From positions 1,736,001 through 1,800,000 of the forward strand of contig NW_026782064.1 in the NCBI RefSeq assembly GCF_031769215.1: a stretch of DNA of 64,000 bases. Reading direction: 5' to 3'. Position numbers and translations under genes: made by a program. This document shows positions 49,850 through 64,000 of this stretch, one piece after another. The DNA is from Ylistrum balloti. Lineage: Eukaryota. The notes beneath the pieces are model-generated. The model saw only the letters and a list, made by a program, of their open reading frames with translations. It was not told the DNA's origin and ran no database searches. Position 1 is the first letter of the stretch; each line of letters opens with the position of its first letter.

Positions 49850-52800
49850 AAAAGACAAACAGACGACAGATGAAGGGCACTGTGATTAACCCACCATCTG
49901 ATGACGGTAAAATGCACCTTTTCTTTCTCCCATTAATAACAAGTAATGTTTATTGTTGTTTCTTAACTTGGGTCACAGCACTACCTTGAATAGGGAGAGT
50001 ACATCCATCTTCGTTTATACATGGCATCTCGTTAATGTTATCGTAACGTAAATACAATTATAATATCTATTAACTATCATTGTCATTGGGATTGTTTGAT
50101 ATGTGCTAATACATCCTCATACTGGTAACATATTCATTGCTATAATTAGACAGCACACCCTACTCACAAATCTTGGCAACCAACATTATTTTAATATTGT
50201 CAACATAGCGAAAACAAAATAGAAATTTGAATACTGAGATTGAACCATGTTTTGTTGCACTTATGGTGGTATGAATGCAATGAGACCATATCAGCTATAT
50301 CTCTGTAACCCCCACCAAGGCAATCTTACCACAGTAATTGTAACAAATACCTTATCGTTAAAATTCAGTGTGGATACATATAAAAATTTCATATAACGAA
50401 TAAAAAGTCAACAACATCAAGTAACCAGACAGACAGACTTTATTTCACCAACAGTAGACTGCTCTATGTAACAGAATGGTGTATACAGTTCAGTAACATA
50501 TACAGTTCCTATCATATCTACAAAGTTGTGACATACATCACTTCTAAACGGTTGTGACTTGGTATGAAAGGCGTGAGAAAGGGTTTATCATAGATGTAAG
50601 GCAGTAGACAACCAAACCAATGAGCTTAAAGGGAAAAATATAAGGAGAATGGCTTTATTAGGATGTTGCGAATTATGTTTCTTTCACATTATGGTGTCCA
50701 AAACTGTTCAACTGAAGAAATGACTTTAAAAAGTCAAATCATAAACGCCTCGTAAATATGAGATTCAAAGTAATAAATTTCATAAAAAAGTAAATAGTCT
50801 TTATATGTAAGTCTTGATGATGGTATGTAGGGTCAATTACAACAAATAAATTGGAATAAAGTGTACTTTAGTACAAGGAAGTAGAGAAAGTCGAAACTGT
50901 TTCATTAACTTGATATTATCCTGAACCTCCTATGATTGACAATAACTCAATACCACCTCACGAAGGACAATAAATGTAAATTGTACATATACCATTGAGT
51001 GATTTGCTAATCTTGAAATTGACTGTTCAAGAAAGTAGTGTCTGTCAGCATAAAGAATTAATGTTGTAACACCTTCTCACACATAAAATCAATTTCTTAA
51101 CAGCTGAAAACAAGGAGTATCTTACAAAATGTTTTTTGGAGTGTTGATTTTCTCTCTCACATTTTAAGTTATATCATCTTTAATTGGAAAAAAACACTGG
51201 ATGTATATTTAATGAAAACAAGTCTCTCACGTTTTTGCAATTTATCACAAATCTAACCGGGAATGTCACAAAAAAATTAACATACAAAAACCAAAACACA
51301 TCACAAAGCTTGAACCTCCTATAACAATAACTTCTTTCATTGGCAATGAAAGATAACATTAAGTAACAGAAAGCTACTATAAAGTTCTCTGATCCCCGAT
51401 CTTAGTCAAATTTAAACATCTTAATTAGGATCTAGGTGACTGGCAACCACTAAGAGGAAATGGTTGTGATGCTATCAAATCATCAAACTTTGAAGAAATT
51501 GAAAATATGAAAGAAACAAATAATAAAAAAAAAGCTTAGAAGTCAAACAGAGAAATTTGAATAAGTGTTGTTCCATAATCACTGACTAATGATGCAGTTA
51601 AGTTTTGTACAAAACTACACAAATCTGACAAAGTTTTACTTTAATTTCTTTGAAAAAAAAAACCTGCACCTTAACGTCTGAGGAGAGTGGAAATCAAACT
51701 AAATAGGGGATTGGTTTAAAAGTCTGAGGAACTGAGATTAATGGTCAGCTCAGTCTATTGATTTCTTCTCAGAAATTGGGGTTTTGTCATGTAAACACCA
51801 CAGATTCTGGAGCCTTATCACAGAGTGTTGGTCTGTCCATGTAAGTACAGTAAGCCTAAGGTACGACAGGGTGAGGGCAACTATATACATGCTACACACA
51901 CAGGTAAAAGTTCAAATCACAGAATTATTCTATCATTTCAAACTTTAAATATATTTACAACTTGAAAATTGTTTTACTTTAAAATGCCTCTGTTAACCTT
52001 AAGACTTTGTTGACAATCTGATCCTTAAGTAATAAATTCGAATGACGTTCGATGGAAAAGAATGGCATAACAACTCACAGGCTTTTGAATAAGATATTTA
52101 AACGATCTTTGTTACCAATGATAAAAACATACAGGACACCATCGTTAAGACTTTTTATGGGAGATAACTCCAGCAGAAGTTTGATTCCACAAATCTTCAA
52201 AATTTCTTTCAACATATGTCTCAAGGCAGATATCTAAAGAACCGTTATCTAAATACATCGCTTAGTGTGTAAGACTATCTCTGTTATGACTGGTGATGAG
52301 AAGAAATACCCTGCCACACAGTTCATCTACACACCAATTGATACCTATTGTGGAGTGTAAAGTCAGTTGGGACACTATCTTGATAAATACAGGATTTATA
52401 TTTAACAGCTGTAAAATTTGTCTAAAATGATGCATACTTTTCTTAAATGATAAAAGATATTTACAATCTATGATTTCTAATTTAATATTGATTGACAAAT
52501 TAATTTCACCTAAATGATTAAGAGATCCTTCCTACTTAAAAACCTTCCCAAGGAGTTAATTTCCTATAGACACAGCATATTAACAATAAATGGAATGTTA
52601 CAATTTCATCATTATAATCCAAGGTTCATACATCTTCTGAAACAAGTCATTTTAAAAATGTCTACTGGTAGGCATATCCTCATCTGCTAGGGCCCTGAAT
52701 TGATTTCCTTTCTTAAAAATATAAGTTGAATTTTTAATATTAAATTTGATAAATGAAATATATATTTGGTTAAGATGCCTTGTCAAACAAAAAGCTGACA

Positions 52801-53311
52801 GGGTGGATTTCAAGTTAATATCATGTGTATGTAAGTAATACAGTAAATGTGCTGCATTTCTTCCAAGAGATTGCACTGATAAGTACTTCATCACTAATAT
52901 CATGGCAAATATTGCATTGCTGATCTCTGTTTTATTTTACTTTGGGGTCTGAAGGTCAAGGGATACAAGGTTTCAGTAGTTTGTATCCATAGATGATGAA
53001 ACTATATATGATGTACTAAAACCTTGAAAGCATGAGATTCTGAAAATGCTTTCTTTTATAACCCTCTATACACTACAACAGAAAAAAAAGATATATAAAG
53101 TACCCCCAAACAGGATAACAAGTAATGTACGTAATATAATAGCAAGTTATTTGCTAAACATAATATTTCATTCATCCTTGCCATACGTATGACTATGACA
53201 TATAACGATATATGTTCAACAGTGTATATAGATGTCTGATGACATTGCACATCATGGCCTCTGTTCACCACCTATAGGCCGTCCCTGTGCCGGCTGACCC
53301 TGCCACATCTC

Positions 53312-62671
<9,360 letters not shown>

Positions 62672-64000
62672 TACTCACACCACCCTACTCTGTAAGTACA
62701 GAAAGTGAAACAGTTTGTTATAATACATAACAACCAACATATAGACTAAACACTAAGTAAACTATTTACATTTTAATTATTTCTAAAATTTCAATACAGT
62801 ATAAATTGTGTATCGTGTTATCACAAAAACGTTGGAAGGAAATACATCAAAGGGTGACAATCTAACATGGGAAACAAATCAATGTACCAGGCTGTAGTGA
62901 TGACGTCAATACATCAACTGTTCACACAGTGCACTTTATACATCACAGTGTATCTCGTCTACCATTAACCACTATCTAGATTTCAAAACCAAATTACATT
63001 CTTGTGCATTTCTATATATGTTCACAAATGTAAATGTCACAGTAGAAAATACTATCCGTTTACGTCACAGTCTGACATTCATGATCTAAACCATGAATGT
63101 GTTGTTTCTACAAATAAATCATCTCACACAATTTTATTTCCCAATACAGTACAATGTCAATTCTTAATACCACAACAGTGAAACAGTGAAAACTACTGTT
63201 GACCAGACAATACCTAGCTTGTAAGTCTCTGACTGGTTAGCTTAGGGAGCAGTAGTATCTTTATGCTCCTAAATCATTATAGACGTTCATTAGCAATTGA
63301 ACTACCACATCAGGGATATTTAATTTTACAACTGCATTATTTAAATTTTAAATTCACTCACACCACACAACATCAAACATAATCGCTGATAATCATGCCA
63401 AATTTTGTCTATCAGTTAAATCTTTGTAGTTGTACCAGTTTCTAGGGAATCATTCTAGTATTCAGTGATGATGTCGATGGCCGACCAATCCTAATTTGGT
63501 CATCTGTTTGAAGGTTCATTACCCTGTTGTTTACAGGAGTTCATACATCTGTGAGTGTAACAGCCTACAAGACTTTGACTCACATGTTCCTATACAAGGT
63601 CAGATTATAATATAACCAATACAGATTGGCTAAGTAAGATGTTTTATACCAGTATATACTATAACACTGGTGAGAGCCCTGAAGCCTTACAGAAACTGCT
63701 TTATATTTTATCTTTGGTACAAGAACACAACAGATTGGTCCACCTCTTCTCAATAACCATCCACATATGAACCTGGCTGTTGTAAGGATGTTAAACCCCA
63801 TAACAACAAAACATGAACTTATTATAGAAACAAAAAAAATGTAGCTATATTAATCCCGCGGTTAAATTTAAACAAAATAAAGAAAAAAAATCATGAAACA
63901 TGAAAATAAAGTTGTCTATGTGAAATACAAACATCTAATAGACATACAGTCTACTGACCATGATAATTCAGTAAAACTTCATGCGAGAAAACTTCTCATT

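Overview
AT-rich eukaryotic genomic DNA with spliceosomal introns. It is most likely a bivalve mollusc, judged from the synaptotagmin sequence and repeat types (inference). There is one assembly gap (16236-16514), and most ORF-track entries are chance ORFs or exon fragments. Hand-built gene models, left to right: (1) a 3-exon orphan gene (+) that needs a GC-AG intron; (2) a 5'-truncated Penelope-like retroelement with 117-bp inverted ends, each containing a minimal hammerhead ribozyme; (3) an intronless ankyrin-repeat/cGAS-like (cGLR, Mab-21) nucleotidyltransferase (-) with intact catalytic motifs but an in-frame TAA inside its conserved C-terminal motif; (4) a convergent paralogue of gene 1; (5) two partly resolved orphan multi-exon genes (-); (6) a stand-alone NHL beta-propeller gene (-); (7) a secreted DUF4434-like putative glycoside hydrolase (+) and its mosaic pseudogene; (8) a HINE/Helentron-type repeat; (9) the complete coding region of synaptotagmin-1 (-) with duplicated, mutually exclusive C2B exons. 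Several minisatellites are also present. The strongest candidates for new biology are the ankyrin-cGLR locus with its adjacent ribozyme/hairpin element and the intron-containing DUF4434-like enzyme.
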